Assembly (NCBI GenBank): GCA_036560425.1 | Contig: DATBRF010000110.1 | Coordinates: forward strand, 10,081 to 74,080 | Reading direction: 5' to 3' | Length of the DNA stretch: 64,000 bases | Origin: Methylocystis sp. | Lineage (GTDB): Bacteria; Pseudomonadota; Alphaproteobacteria; Rhizobiales; Beijerinckiaceae | Shown: positions 55,199 to 64,000 of the stretch, one piece after another | Position numbering within the stretch: position 1 is the stretch's first letter | How the letters are laid out: every line of letters begins with the position of its first letter | The notes under the pieces: generated by a model | Database searches by the model: none | Told to the model about the DNA's origin: nothing | Seen by the model: only the letters and a program-made list of their open reading frames with translations | Translations under genes and position numbers: made by a program

Positions 55199-56986
55199 TC
55201 ACTTCCTGCCGAAAAGCTTCTCTATGTCCGCGAGCTTCAGCTCCACATAGGTCGGCCGCCCGTGATTGCATTGCGCCGCGCCGGGAGTCGTCTCCATCTC
55301 GCGCAGCAGCGCGTTCATTTCGGCGGGGCTCAAGCGCCGGCCCGCGCGCACGGAGTGATGGCAGGCGCAGGTTGCGAGCACATGGTCGAGGCGTCGTGAG
55401 AGCCCCCTCGCGTCTCCTTCTTCCGCGAGAAGATCGGCGATGTCCTCGACGAGACGCTTGTGGTTCACGTCGCCCAGAATCGCCGGCGCCTCACGCACCA
55501 GCACCGCGCCGGGGCCAAAGGGCTCGATCACAAGGCCGAGCGCGGCGAGCTCCTCGAAGGCGTTCGAAAGCGCATTCATCCGCGTTTCATCGAGATCCAC
55601 CACGAGAGGGATAAGCAGCATCTGCCGCGCAACGCCCGTCTCTTCGCGCTGCTTCTTGAGCTTTTCATAGACGAGCCGTTCATGCGCGGCGTGCTGGTCG
55701 ACGATGACGAGGCCGTCGCGCGTCTGCGCGATGATATAGGTTTCGTGCAATTGCGCGCGCGCGGCCCCGAGCGGCGCGTCGTCCAGCGTCTCCGCAGGCG
55801 CCTCATGCGCGCGGGCCATGGGCGCGCCGGTGTGGAAGGCCGATTGCGGCGCCTCCGCAAAACCTTGCGGCGCATAGGGAGATTGCGCGACGCTCCAATT
55901 GGCGGGCGGCGGCGCGTGGCGCGGCGGCGCGCTGCGCGGGCCGTCGTAACGCGAGAGCATATCGATCGCAGCGCGCGCGTTCGTATTGGCGCTGCGATGG
56001 CTCTTTTCCGAGAGCGCCTGCTTCAGGGCGCCGACAACGAGACCGCGCACGAGGCCGGGATCAGCGAAGCGCACTTCCGCTTTCGCGGGATGGACGTTCA
56101 CATCGACGATGCGCGGATCGCATTCGACGAAGAGCGCTGCGACCGGGTGGCGATCAGCGCTTAGAAAATCGAGATAGGCGGCGCGAATGGCGCCGGCGAA
56201 AAGCTTGTCGCGCACGGGCCGCCCATTGATGTAGACATATTGAGCCTGCGCATTGCCGCGGTTGTAAGTCGGAAGGCCCGCAAGCCCCGTGAGCCGCACG
56301 CCTTCGCGCTCCGCGCAAAGCGCAAAAGCATTGGCGCGGAATTCCTCGCCCAGGACCTGCGCGATGCGCCTTGCGCTGTCGTCGCCGCAGGCGGGATAGT
56401 CGAAAAGCGCGCCGTTGTCGGCGGAGAGCGCGAAGCGCACGCCCGGATGCGCCATGGCGAGGCGCTTGACCACGTCGACGACGGCCGCCGTCTCCGTGCG
56501 CTCGGTCTTCAGGAATTTCAGCCGCGCCGGCGTCGCGGCAAAGAGCGCGCGGGCCTCGATGCGCGTGCCGCGTGGCCAGCTCGACGCGGTCAAACCGCGC
56601 TTCTCGCCTGCTTCCACGCGAATGGAAAAACCATGCGGCGCGTCTTTTGCGCGCGTGTCGATGGTGAGATCCGCGACGGCGGCGATGGAGGGCAGCGCCT
56701 CGCCGCGAAAGCCGAGCGTGGCGATATGGGTGAGATCGCCGTCCGGTATTTTCGAGGTCGCGTGACGTTCGACGGCGAGCGCGAGATCATGCTCGTCCAT
56801 GCCGCAACCGTCATCGATGACGCGGATGAGCTTGCGGCCGCCTTCTTCGATCGCGACGTCGATGCGGCTCGCGCCGGCGTCGAGCGCGTTCTCGACCAGT
56901 TCCTTCACGGCGGAGGCCGGCCGCTCGACCACTTCGCCGGCGGCAATGCGATCGACGAGGATGGGATCGAGGCGGCGAACGGGCAT
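55199..56986 (-). CDS. mutL: DNA mismatch repair protein MutL
   Basis: 595 aa from MPVRRLDPILVDRIAAGEVVERPASAVKELVENALDAG (GHKL ATPase). C-terminal endonuclease-type domain (CNHGRPTYVEL). The upstream 215 aa of the 810-aa track ORF are Arg-rich read-through. Confidence 0.95.
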   Translation of the reverse strand: MPVRRLDPILVDRIAAGEVVERPASAVKELVENALDAGASRIDVAIEEGGRKLIRVIDDGCGMDEHDLALAVERHATSKIPDGDLTHIATLGFRGEALPSIAAVADLTIDTRAKDAPHGFSIRVEAGEKRGLTASSWPRGTRIEARALFAATPARLKFLKTERTETAAVVDVVKRLAMAHPGVRFALSADNGALFDYPACGDDSARRIAQVLGEEFRANAFALCAEREGVRLTGLAGLPTYNRGNAQAQYVYINGRPVRDKLFAGAIRAAYLDFLSADRHPVAALFVECDPRIVDVNVHPAKAEVRFADPGLVRGLVVGALKQALSEKSHRSANTNARAAIDMLSRYDGPRSAPPRHAPPPANWSVAQSPYAPQGFAEAPQSAFHTGAPMARAHEAPAETLDDAPLGAARAQLHETYIIAQTRDGLVIVDQHAAHERLVYEKLKKQREETGVARQMLLIPLVVDLDETRMNALSNAFEELAALGLVIEPFGPGAVLVREAPAILGDVNHKRLVEDIADLLAEEGDARGLSRRLDHVLATCACHHSVRAGRRLSPAEMNALLREMETTPGAAQCNHGRPTYVELKLADIEKLFGRK

Positions 56987-56994
56987 GGCTATGC

Positions 56995-57588
56995 CTAACG
57001 CGTCGCGCCGGGCTTCCACAATACGTCGCCCTGTTCGCGGTTCACGAAACGCGAGGCGACGAAGAGAAAGTCTGAGAGGCGATTCACATAAGCGAGCGCC
57101 GTGGGCGACAGCTCCTCGCCTTGCGTCTCCATGAGCGTCACCATGACGCGCTCGGCGCGGCGGCAGATGGTGCGGGCCATATGCAGATACGCCGCCGCCG
57201 GCGCGCCGCCCGGCAACACGAAGGAGCGCAGCGGCGCGAGATCGGCGTTGAGTTCGTCGATCTCCTTTTCGAGCCGCTCCACCTGCGAGGGAAGGATCAC
57301 GAGCCGCATCGCCGGATCGATGGGCTTCGCCGGATCGTGAGGCGTCGCAAGCTCCGCGCCGAGATCGAAGAGATCGTTCTGGATGCGCTCCAGCATCGCG
57401 TCGAGAGCGGCGTCGCGCGCTTCTATGGCGAGTCGCGCCACGCCGATCGCGGCGTTGGTCTCGTCGACGGCGCCATAGGCCTCGACGCGAATGTCGTCCT
57501 TGCGGCGCCGCGCGCCGGTCGCGAGCGAGGTTGCGCCCTTGTCGCCGCCTCGGGTGTAAATCCGGTCCAGCTTGACCACGTCGATCAC
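56995..57588 (-). CDS. PduO-type ATP:cob(I)alamin adenosyltransferase
   Basis: VKLDRIYTRGGDKGATSL..RVEAYGAVDETNAAIG signature. Starts at a GTG at 57588 (GTGA overlap with the upstream stop) or a GTG at 57579. Confidence 0.85.
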   Translation of the reverse strand: MIDVVKLDRIYTRGGDKGATSLATGARRRKDDIRVEAYGAVDETNAAIGVARLAIEARDAALDAMLERIQNDLFDLGAELATPHDPAKPIDPAMRLVILPSQVERLEKEIDELNADLAPLRSFVLPGGAPAAAYLHMARTICRRAERVMVTLMETQGEELSPTALAYVNRLSDFLFVASRFVNREQGDVLWKPGATR

Positions 57589-57773
57589 CGTCCCTTGAAG
57601 TAAAGCGCGGCGAGCGCGATGACGAGCGCAAGGAATTGCAGCCCGACGCGCCATCGCATCAGGGTCTGCGATCGCTGCGCCGCGCCGGCGCCGCCGCGGA
57701 ACATATTGATGAAGCCGGCGATAACCACGAGAAAGACCGCCGCCGCGGCGACCAGGACCAGAATATTCGACAA
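57585..57773 (-). CDS. HIG1-like twin-transmembrane small protein
   Basis: About 62 aa from a TTG at 57773 (GGGAG upstream). SNILVLVAAAAVFLVVIAGFINMFRGG..SQTLMRWRVGLQFLALVIALAALYF gives two TM helices. Confidence 0.55.
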   Translation of the reverse strand: MSNILVLVAAAAVFLVVIAGFINMFRGGAGAAQRSQTLMRWRVGLQFLALVIALAALYFKGR

Positions 57774-57924
57774 GGCGAGCAACTCCCGGCAGGTTAATCG
57801 TGAGGAAGTAGAGAAGCGCCCGCCCGAGGGCAAGCTGTTTAGAGCAAGGATAATCGGGCGGAGGCGACAAATACCTCCCCGTAAAGGGGAAGGATTCGCT
57901 CACAACCGGCATCCACCCTGTTTT

Positions 57925-60384
57925 TCACCGTTGCAGCAACCTCTGCAGATAGTCGAGCTCCTCGGCGGGGCGCTCGGGCTGGCCGAGACGGCGACGCAGC
58001 TCTTCCTGCACGCGATGCGCGCGCTGCGTCGGCGGAAGGCCAAGCGGATCATATTTCTCACGCGACGCGCGCTGGCCGCCCGAGGAGCGCCCCAGCGGAT
58101 CGCGCCCCTGCCCGTAGCGCCCGCGCGCCCGGCCATGGCCCTTGCCCTGACCATCCTCCCCCTCCTCGCCCGCCTGCCCCTCGCCGCGCATCTGCTCGGC
58201 GAGCTTGTCGGCTCCCTTGCGCAGGGCCTCTACAGCGCGGCCCTCCGCGTCCACGGCTTTGCCGCGGCCGTCGCCGCCGGGCTTCAGCGCTTCCTCCGCT
58301 TCCTTCATCGCCTTGCGGGCGTCGTCGAACTCTTCGCCGGCCTCGCCCGCATCGCCCTTGAGCGCGTCCTGCTGGCGTTCCAGCCTGTCGCGCAGGGCCT
58401 GCTGGCGCTGGCGCTCCTGGCTCGCATCGTCGGCGGCTTGCGGCTGGCTCTTTCTGCCCCCGCGCTGCTGCGGCTTGCCCGCGTCGTCGTCCGAAGGGTT
58501 TTTCATTCCCTGGAACGTGTCGTCGCGCAGACGCTGCTCTTCGCGGGCAAGCTGATCTATTTCGCTCAGGGCCCGTTGCATTTCGCGCTGCCGCTTCTGG
58601 CGGGCGGCGTTCTGGGGCCCGCCTTCGTCGGCGGTCTGGGCGTTCTCCATAATGTCCTGCAATTCGTCGAGGAGCCGTTGCGCCTCCGCCGTGTCGCCGG
58701 ATTTCATCGCCTTTTCGATGTCGTCGAGCATGGCTTGCAAATCGTCGGCGGTGACGCTGTCCGGGTTTTCCGCACTTTCGCGGGGTTCGCCGGGCGGATG
58801 AGCGCGCGCGCCGACCTGTTCGAGGAATTTGTCGAGCGCCGCGCGCAGCTCCTGCGAGCGCTTGGCGATTTCCTCCTCGCTCGCGCCGCGCGCCATGGCT
58901 TCGCGCAGCGCCTGTTCGGCGGCGCGCAGATCGCGTTCGGCCTGCGACGTATCGCCGTCTTCGAGGGAGAGCGCCATCGCCCAGAGCATATCGGCGACCC
59001 CTCGCAGCTCATCGTCGCTGCGCCTGCCTTCGAGGCTTCGGCGCGCGGCGCGCAAGCCCATATAGGTCGCGGACGGCGTTTCGAAAACTTCGGGCGCGAG
59101 CGACAGCGCCTCGAGCGCCGCAAGGACATTGGCGCGCTGATCGGGATCAAGCGCCAGAATGCGCCGCTGCTCGACGAGCGCCCTCGCGAGCGGCTTGGTG
59201 AAACGGCGCTGCGGCAACGTCACCTCGATTGCGTTGGACGCGCCTTCGTTGCCGGCGGCGTCTTTCGCAACAAGGCGCATGGCCGCTTCGGCGCCGGCGT
59301 AAGGGCTGTCGGCGAGATCGAGAGTCGCGCGGCCCTCGCCAAGGCCGCCCGCGCCCGCCGGCAGTTCGAGCGGCAGACGCGGCGGCTCGTAAAGCGCGCG
59401 GCCGCCTCCCGGCTTGCTGAAGACGGCCTCGGCGCTGACGACGCCATAGTCGTCCTCGGCGCGATAGCTGAGGGTCATGGTGCCGCGAGCATTGTTGCGC
59501 GGCTTGCCCGTGAGCGCGATCGTCGGGGCGCGGTCGGGAACAGCTATGACCTCGAACGTCCGGCCGTCGGGCAGATAGAGCTGCGCGGGCCCCGCGAGCG
59601 TGAATTCGCGTTCTTTGTTGTCCGGCGATTCGATCGGCGCAAGCGCGCCGCCGACGGAGACTCTGGACTCGGCCGGCCGCAGCCGCAGCGTCGAATTCAC
59701 CGGCGCTTCGACCGCGCCGCTCTCCTGCGCGAGAACGATCGGTGGACGCCCCGTATAGGCCGGCGGGTCGAACCAGGCGTCGATGCGCTGCGCAGGGCCA
59801 AGGATATGAACAGCGCGCCAGTCGAAGGCGGCGGCGAGCCGGGCGCGCTTTTCGTCTCCTGCGATGAAGGCGGCGGCGATGGCGGCGACGAGCGCCAGGG
59901 CGCGCAACGCATAGGGGTCGCGCTCGGGCAGGCGCGGGCGCGGCGGCGTGACGGGCGTGGCGGCCAGCGCGGCTTCGAGCCGCTTGCGATGCAAGGCCCA
60001 AAGGGCGGCTGTGGCGGGATCGGCGCCTTGCCGCGCCAGCGTGTCGTCCAGCGAGGCGGCGGGCTTCATCGGGCCATCGGCGGCGGCGTCCAGGCGGGCG
60101 GCCGCGGCCTTGCGGCGCGGCAGGCCGCGCGCGATCTCGCGAGCGACGAGATAAAGCGCGAGAAAGCCGAAGAGGGCGACGCCCGCCAAACGCGCTTCGA
60201 CCGGGATGGCGCGCCACAGTCCGAGCCAGGACAGCGCGACGAAAAACAGCGCCAGCGTCGCAAGCGCCGCGCCGAGCCTCAGCAGCCGCTCGGAGAGGAT
60301 TGCGAGCGCCGACCGGCGCAACGCCTGTTCCAGCATGTCCAAGCCTTTGGGCCTGCCGTCTTCATTTTTGGAGGAAATGTCCAT
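57925..60384 (-). CDS. large alphaproteobacterial membrane protein with a low-complexity C-terminus (TIGR02302/DUF4175-like)
   Basis: About 819 aa from the ATG at 60384 (GGAG RBS; the ORF extends to a TTG at 60438). N-terminal TM helices and a long helical, charged C-terminal part with Gly/Arg/Gln/Glu low complexity. Matches my recollection of the TIGR02302 description. Confidence 0.65.
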   Translation of the reverse strand: MDISSKNEDGRPKGLDMLEQALRRSALAILSERLLRLGAALATLALFFVALSWLGLWRAIPVEARLAGVALFGFLALYLVAREIARGLPRRKAAAARLDAAADGPMKPAASLDDTLARQGADPATAALWALHRKRLEAALAATPVTPPRPRLPERDPYALRALALVAAIAAAFIAGDEKRARLAAAFDWRAVHILGPAQRIDAWFDPPAYTGRPPIVLAQESGAVEAPVNSTLRLRPAESRVSVGGALAPIESPDNKEREFTLAGPAQLYLPDGRTFEVIAVPDRAPTIALTGKPRNNARGTMTLSYRAEDDYGVVSAEAVFSKPGGGRALYEPPRLPLELPAGAGGLGEGRATLDLADSPYAGAEAAMRLVAKDAAGNEGASNAIEVTLPQRRFTKPLARALVEQRRILALDPDQRANVLAALEALSLAPEVFETPSATYMGLRAARRSLEGRRSDDELRGVADMLWAMALSLEDGDTSQAERDLRAAEQALREAMARGASEEEIAKRSQELRAALDKFLEQVGARAHPPGEPRESAENPDSVTADDLQAMLDDIEKAMKSGDTAEAQRLLDELQDIMENAQTADEGGPQNAARQKRQREMQRALSEIDQLAREEQRLRDDTFQGMKNPSDDDAGKPQQRGGRKSQPQAADDASQERQRQQALRDRLERQQDALKGDAGEAGEEFDDARKAMKEAEEALKPGGDGRGKAVDAEGRAVEALRKGADKLAEQMRGEGQAGEEGEDGQGKGHGRARGRYGQGRDPLGRSSGGQRASREKYDPLGLPPTQRAHRVQEELRRRLGQPERPAEELDYLQRLLQR

Positions 60385-60591
60385 TCGCGCTCCGGCGAGC
60401 ATCTCGGCAGAGATGGCGGTTGCCGCCCGATTATACAATCCCGCGGCCCGAAGGCGAAGCAGAAGGGCGGCAGGGTAATCGGGTGAAAGGGGAGGTATTT
60501 TGGAGCTAACGACGCCAGACCGCTACTCACCCGATTTTCTCAAGAAGAGCAGGAATTAGCCTTTTGCAGGGCGGCGCGGCTAACATGCGCC

Positions 60592-61095
60592 ATGGTCAGA
60601 AGAAATGCGACACGGGACGCCGTCTCGTCTCCCTCGATCGATCTCGCCGCGTTGCCGCCGCCGGTGACGGCTATGCGCCAGAAGATCATCGCGGCGCTCG
60701 ATAAGAATGACGTCGACGCGTTGAGGATACCGATCGACTGGAACGAGGTTCGACCGCTCTTCGCCAGGAGCGGGGCCTTCAAGGCGGGGACGGACCCCAT
60801 CGAGATCTTGAAGACGCTCTCCTTCGACAGGAAAGGTCGCGAGACCATCGCCGTCGCGCGCGCGGTTCTTGAGCAGCCCTATGTCAAAATCACGCGCGGT
60901 CCGGTGACGCTTTACGAATGGCCGGCCTTCGCGAGCCGCCCCTCGCCGCCCGCCGACGAGGATGACGCCCGCGCGCGCTGGTCCTGCGTGCGCTTTGCTG
61001 ACCTTGCGCGTTCGAACGCGGAAGGTAAGCCGCGTCCGATGCGCATCGGCATCGCGTCGGATGGCGTCTGGCACTACTTCTGGAGCGAGGATTAG
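60592..61095 (+). CDS. hypothetical protein
   Basis: 167-aa ORF with an alternative ATG at 60673. No family recognised. Confidence 0.4.
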   Translation: MVRRNATRDAVSSPSIDLAALPPPVTAMRQKIIAALDKNDVDALRIPIDWNEVRPLFARSGAFKAGTDPIEILKTLSFDRKGRETIAVARAVLEQPYVKITRGPVTLYEWPAFASRPSPPADEDDARARWSCVRFADLARSNAEGKPRPMRIGIASDGVWHYFWSED

Positions 61096-61159
61096 GGCGC
61101 CTTCCGCCGAAGTGGATGCCGGTTCGGCGCAAGAAAGCGCGAAGCGAACCTGGATCGGC

Positions 61160-63022
61160 TCAGCTCTTCGCCTCCTCACCCGCCTCCTTTGCTGGCTTTC
61201 CCACTATGCGGCGGCGCGCCTGCTCACGCTTGAACTCCTTGCGCCGTTCGATTTGACGGGCGCGCGCCTCTTGGCCGGTGGGCTGGAGGATCTTGCGGAA
61301 CTCGTCGCGCTTCTCGTGGATGGAGGCGATGACATAGCCCATGGGCACGCCGACATCGACGAGCACGGTTTCCGCGAGCTGGAGGCTGGCTTCGATCGTC
61401 TCGGGAATGGCGTCGCTCGCGCCCAGCGCATAGAGCGCGGTTGCGTGGCGCGCGTCGCGGGCGCGGGCGACGATCACCAGATCGCGCCGGATCTCATGCG
61501 CAATACGAACGATCTCCTCCGCCGCCGAGGCGTTCTCGATGGTCACGACGAGCGCGCGCGCGTGCTCCAGGCCGCAGCGAATGAGAAGCTCCCGCCGCGC
61601 GGCGTTGCCCCAATAGATTTCAACCCCCTTCTCTCGCTCCTCGGTCACGATGGAGACGAGGCTCTCGACCGCTACGAAAGGCACATTGTGCCGCGAGAGC
61701 ATGTCGCCGACGAGGCTGCCGATCCGCCCATAGCCGACGATCACGACGCGGCCTTCGGCGATGGCGCTGTCCGGCGCGAGATGGGCGTATTGCGCGTCGT
61801 CGACTGCGCGCTCGGCGGGCAGCGAGAGCCGCGCGCCGAGCCGCCCCAGCGGCGGAATGAGGAAAATGCTCAACGTCACAACCACCATGGCGTCGGCGCC
61901 GAAGTGACCCGGCAGGACGCCCACGAGCATGGCGGAAGTGAGAAGCGCAAAAGCGAACTCGCCCCCCGGCGCGAGCAGCAGCGCGGTTTCCGCCGAGGTT
62001 CGCCAGTCGACGCCAAATAGGATCGCGAGCGGGAAGATGATCGCCGCCTTTACGGCAATATAGCCCAGCGCAAGGATGATCGTCGGCGCAGGGTCGGCGG
62101 CCACTGCGCCGATGTCGAGGCCGGCGCCTACGGAGACGAAGAAAAGGCCAAGCAACAGGCCCTTGAACGGCTCGATCGTCACCTCGATTTCGCGCCGGAA
62201 CTCGGTCTCCGCGAGCAGCAGGCCGGCGATGAAGGCGCCGAGCCCCATGGAGAGCCCGGCCGCCGCCGTCACCAGCGCTTCGCCCACGACGACGAGCAGG
62301 CAGGCCGCGACGAAAAGCTCGGCGAGTTGCGCCGAGGCGACGAGACGAAACAGCGGGCGCAGCAGCAGCCGGCCGAAGACGATCAGTCCCGCGAGCGCGA
62401 CGAAGCCGGGCAGAAAGGCGGAAACGGCCTGAAGGGCGCTGAAGCCGTTCTGGGCCTGCGCGAGCGCAGAGACGAAAAACAGCGCCGGCGCCACCATGAG
62501 ATCTTGCAGCAGCAGAACCGAGAAGGCGACGCGCCCCGGCGATTTGTTGATGCGCCGCCCCTCGGACAGCACCGGCAAGACCACCGCCGTCGAGGACATG
62601 GCGAGCGCCGCGCCCATGAGAATGGAGGGCGCCGCTTCGACGCCGAACCAATAATAGCCGACGAGGGCGAGCACGGTCGTGCAGGCGGCGACCTGCGCGA
62701 GCCCCAGGCCGAAAACGAGCCGCCGGAGACGCGCGAGGCGCTCCCAGGACAGCTCCAGACCGATCATGAACAGCAGGAAAACGAGCCCGAATTCGGCAAG
62801 CTGCGAAACGCCTTCAACATCCGCGATGGTGAAGAAGCGGAGCCAGTCGTAATGTTGCGCGAGGTGGCCGAGCCCATGCGGCCCGAGCGCAGCGCCCGCC
62901 AGAAGGAAGCCCAGGACCGGGCTGACCCGCAGCCGGTGGAACAAGGGCACGACGACGCCCGCCGTCGCGAGAAAGACCAGCGCTTCTCGGTAAGATTCGA
63001 GATGTAAAGGATGTTCTCCCAC
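61160..63022 (-). CDS. kefB: CPA2-family K+/H+ antiporter with a C-terminal TrkA-N (RCK) domain, KefB/KefC-like
   Basis: Polytopic exchanger domain (SPVLGFLLAGAALGP..) followed by the Rossmann motif VVIVGYGRIGSLVG. Start chosen at the GTG at 63022 (GGAAGG upstream). The track ORF extends to 63163. Confidence 0.8.
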   Translation of the reverse strand: MGEHPLHLESYREALVFLATAGVVVPLFHRLRVSPVLGFLLAGAALGPHGLGHLAQHYDWLRFFTIADVEGVSQLAEFGLVFLLFMIGLELSWERLARLRRLVFGLGLAQVAACTTVLALVGYYWFGVEAAPSILMGAALAMSSTAVVLPVLSEGRRINKSPGRVAFSVLLLQDLMVAPALFFVSALAQAQNGFSALQAVSAFLPGFVALAGLIVFGRLLLRPLFRLVASAQLAELFVAACLLVVVGEALVTAAAGLSMGLGAFIAGLLLAETEFRREIEVTIEPFKGLLLGLFFVSVGAGLDIGAVAADPAPTIILALGYIAVKAAIIFPLAILFGVDWRTSAETALLLAPGGEFAFALLTSAMLVGVLPGHFGADAMVVVTLSIFLIPPLGRLGARLSLPAERAVDDAQYAHLAPDSAIAEGRVVIVGYGRIGSLVGDMLSRHNVPFVAVESLVSIVTEEREKGVEIYWGNAARRELLIRCGLEHARALVVTIENASAAEEIVRIAHEIRRDLVIVARARDARHATALYALGASDAIPETIEASLQLAETVLVDVGVPMGYVIASIHEKRDEFRKILQPTGQEARARQIERRKEFKREQARRRIVGKPAKEAGEEAKS

Positions 63023-63181
63023 TAAACCTTCCCGCCGCCCGAGGAATCGATGAAGCCAATGTAACGGCGCCGGCGCGTTTGGCGAGCCGGATATAGCCAA
63101 AACGTCGCCAGCGAACTGCACAAAAAAGCGCCGCCCGAAGAGGCGGCGCCCAATTGTTGGCAAGTGGAGCTAGGGGAAAGC

Positions 63182-63661
63182 TTAGTCGGCGTTTACGCCC
63201 TTGGCTGCCTTGGCGCGCAGCTCCAGCGCAGCCTGGGGCTTGGGGACGGCGCCGACCCGGGTCCAGGTCTCGCCGCTGCAAAGGATGCCCCAGAGGCAAC
63301 CCTTCAGCCGCAGCTCATTGGCGGATTTGACGGTGATGGAGCCGTCGTAGGTCTTGCCATCGGCCGCATTGTAGAGCTTGCCCTTCCACTCGTTGGGACC
63401 GCTCTTGGAGGCGCCCCGCAAGATCACCGTTCCAATCGACTTTTGATCCTCCGGCTTGGCTACGGCGACGAGCTTGGCGCAAAGCTGGCTACCGCAATCG
63501 TAGAAGCTGAACTGCTCGCCGCCATCGGGGCGCAGCCAGATTCCATGGGGATCGTAAGAGTCGTTGGGAGCGGTTGCTTGCGCCGGCGCGGCCAGAAGAC
63601 CAAGGCCTGCGCAGATGATGCAAGAACGCGTGAAGAGATCGAGAACACGGATACGCTTCAT
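63182..63661 (-). CDS. secreted DUF2147-like protein
   Basis: 159 aa with a signal peptide. GIWLRPDG..CGSQLCAKLV..WKGKLYNAADGKTYDGSITV..LRLKGC..C..WTRV follows the DUF2147 pattern. Confidence 0.65.
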   Translation of the reverse strand: MKRIRVLDLFTRSCIICAGLGLLAAPAQATAPNDSYDPHGIWLRPDGGEQFSFYDCGSQLCAKLVAVAKPEDQKSIGTVILRGASKSGPNEWKGKLYNAADGKTYDGSITVKSANELRLKGCLWGILCSGETWTRVGAVPKPQAALELRAKAAKGVNAD

Positions 63662-63769
63662 GTCGATCGCTCCTTACTCGTGGCGATGATGGAGCGTCGC
63701 GCCTCATATGGGCGATTCTTCGACCTCAATAAGACGCGGCGAAGACTTGGACTACGCCGCGAGGGCTTC

Positions 63770-64000
63770 CTACCGCCCGAGCAGGCGCTTGTAGACGTCG
63801 AGCGTCGCGCGCTGCATTTGCTCGACGGAAAAGCGCAACTGCGCATTGGCGCGGGCGCGCAGCGCAAGCTCGTCGCGCGCCGAAGCCGTCATCGCCAGGG
63901 CCTCGCTTACCGCCTGGGCGAGAGCGACCGGGTCGCCCGGCGGCACACGCCAGCCTGTCGCCTCATGGCGCGGCGTCTGCGGCGGCGCGCGCACGATTTC
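63770..64000 (-). CDS. glycosyltransferase (GT1/GT4-like) C-terminal part; gene continues beyond window end
   Basis: ATGWRVPPGDPVALAQAVSEAL.. is a typical C-terminal segment of group 1 glycosyltransferases. The reading frame is open to the window edge. Confidence 0.55.
   Translation of the reverse strand, partial: EIVRAPPQTPRHEATGWRVPPGDPVALAQAVSEALAMTASARDELALRARANAQLRFSVEQMQRATLDVYKRLLGR

Noticed and set aside
56987-57631. 215-aa N-terminal extension of the mutL ORF (810-aa track ORF).
   Set aside because: The extension is extremely Arg-rich and overlaps the PduO-type adenosyltransferase gene in another frame. The canonical MutL N-terminus MPVRRLDPILVDRIAAGEVV starts at 56986.
57619-60486. 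955-aa ORF on the plus strand, the longest ORF in the window.
   Set aside because: It is entirely antisense to the TIGR02302/DUF4175-like gene. Its translation is Arg/Gly/Ala/Leu-rich low complexity with no motifs. This is a typical shadow ORF of high-GC DNA.
1-64000. Searched by eye for tRNA or rRNA genes, CRISPR repeat-spacer arrays, transposase, integrase or phage genes, and toxin-antitoxin pairs.
   Set aside because: None recognised. No regularly spaced direct repeats, no IS-like inverted-repeat-flanked ORFs, and every long ORF is explained by flagellar, chemotaxis or housekeeping families or their shadows.

Overview
High-GC alphaproteobacterial chromosome segment of Hyphomicrobiales/Rhizobiales type. 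Positions ~1.3-50.3 kb form one large flagellar, motor and chemotaxis supercluster. Its gene content matches the well-studied Rhizobiaceae/Brucella type, but the block order differs. The blocks are: motA-fliM-fliN-fliG-flhB; a che operon (cheW, STAS/CheS-like, cheY, cheA, cheR, cheB, cheY, cheD, plus two extra genes); motE-flgH-fliL-fliP; flgE-flaF-flbT-flgD-fliQ-flhA-fliR plus five small genes; flgB-flgC-fliE-flgG-flgA-flgI; two tandem flagellins followed by fliF, a FliH-like gene, motB, motC, fliK and a lytic transglycosylase; fliI-flgF; an FtcR/Rem-type orphan OmpR regulator; flgK-flgL; and two MCP genes, one a globin-coupled HemAT-like sensor. The left edge is a partial NDH-2 gene. The right 13 kb is housekeeping: rmlD, a PoxB-like ThDP enzyme, cytochrome c, mutL, a PduO-type corrinoid adenosyltransferase, a HIG1-like small membrane protein, a TIGR02302/DUF4175-like protein, a kefB-like gene, a DUF2147 protein and a partial glycosyltransferase. 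I found no tRNA, rRNA, CRISPR array, transposase or integrase. I see no defence-island-like novel system. The most interesting unexplained content is a set of small motility-embedded genes with no named family: two separate paralog pairs, a J-domain (HPD) protein and a lipoprotein wedged between cheD and motA, a PilZ-like protein, and a Cys-rich protein after fliI. There are also two perfect CtrA-type boxes (TTAA-N7-TTAAC), a recurring palindromic 30-nt intergenic element, a 123-bp tandem repeat inside fliK, and apparent gene conversion between the flagellin copies. Start codons were chosen by eye from RBS and overlap context. Family calls rest on motif recognition, not on database searches.
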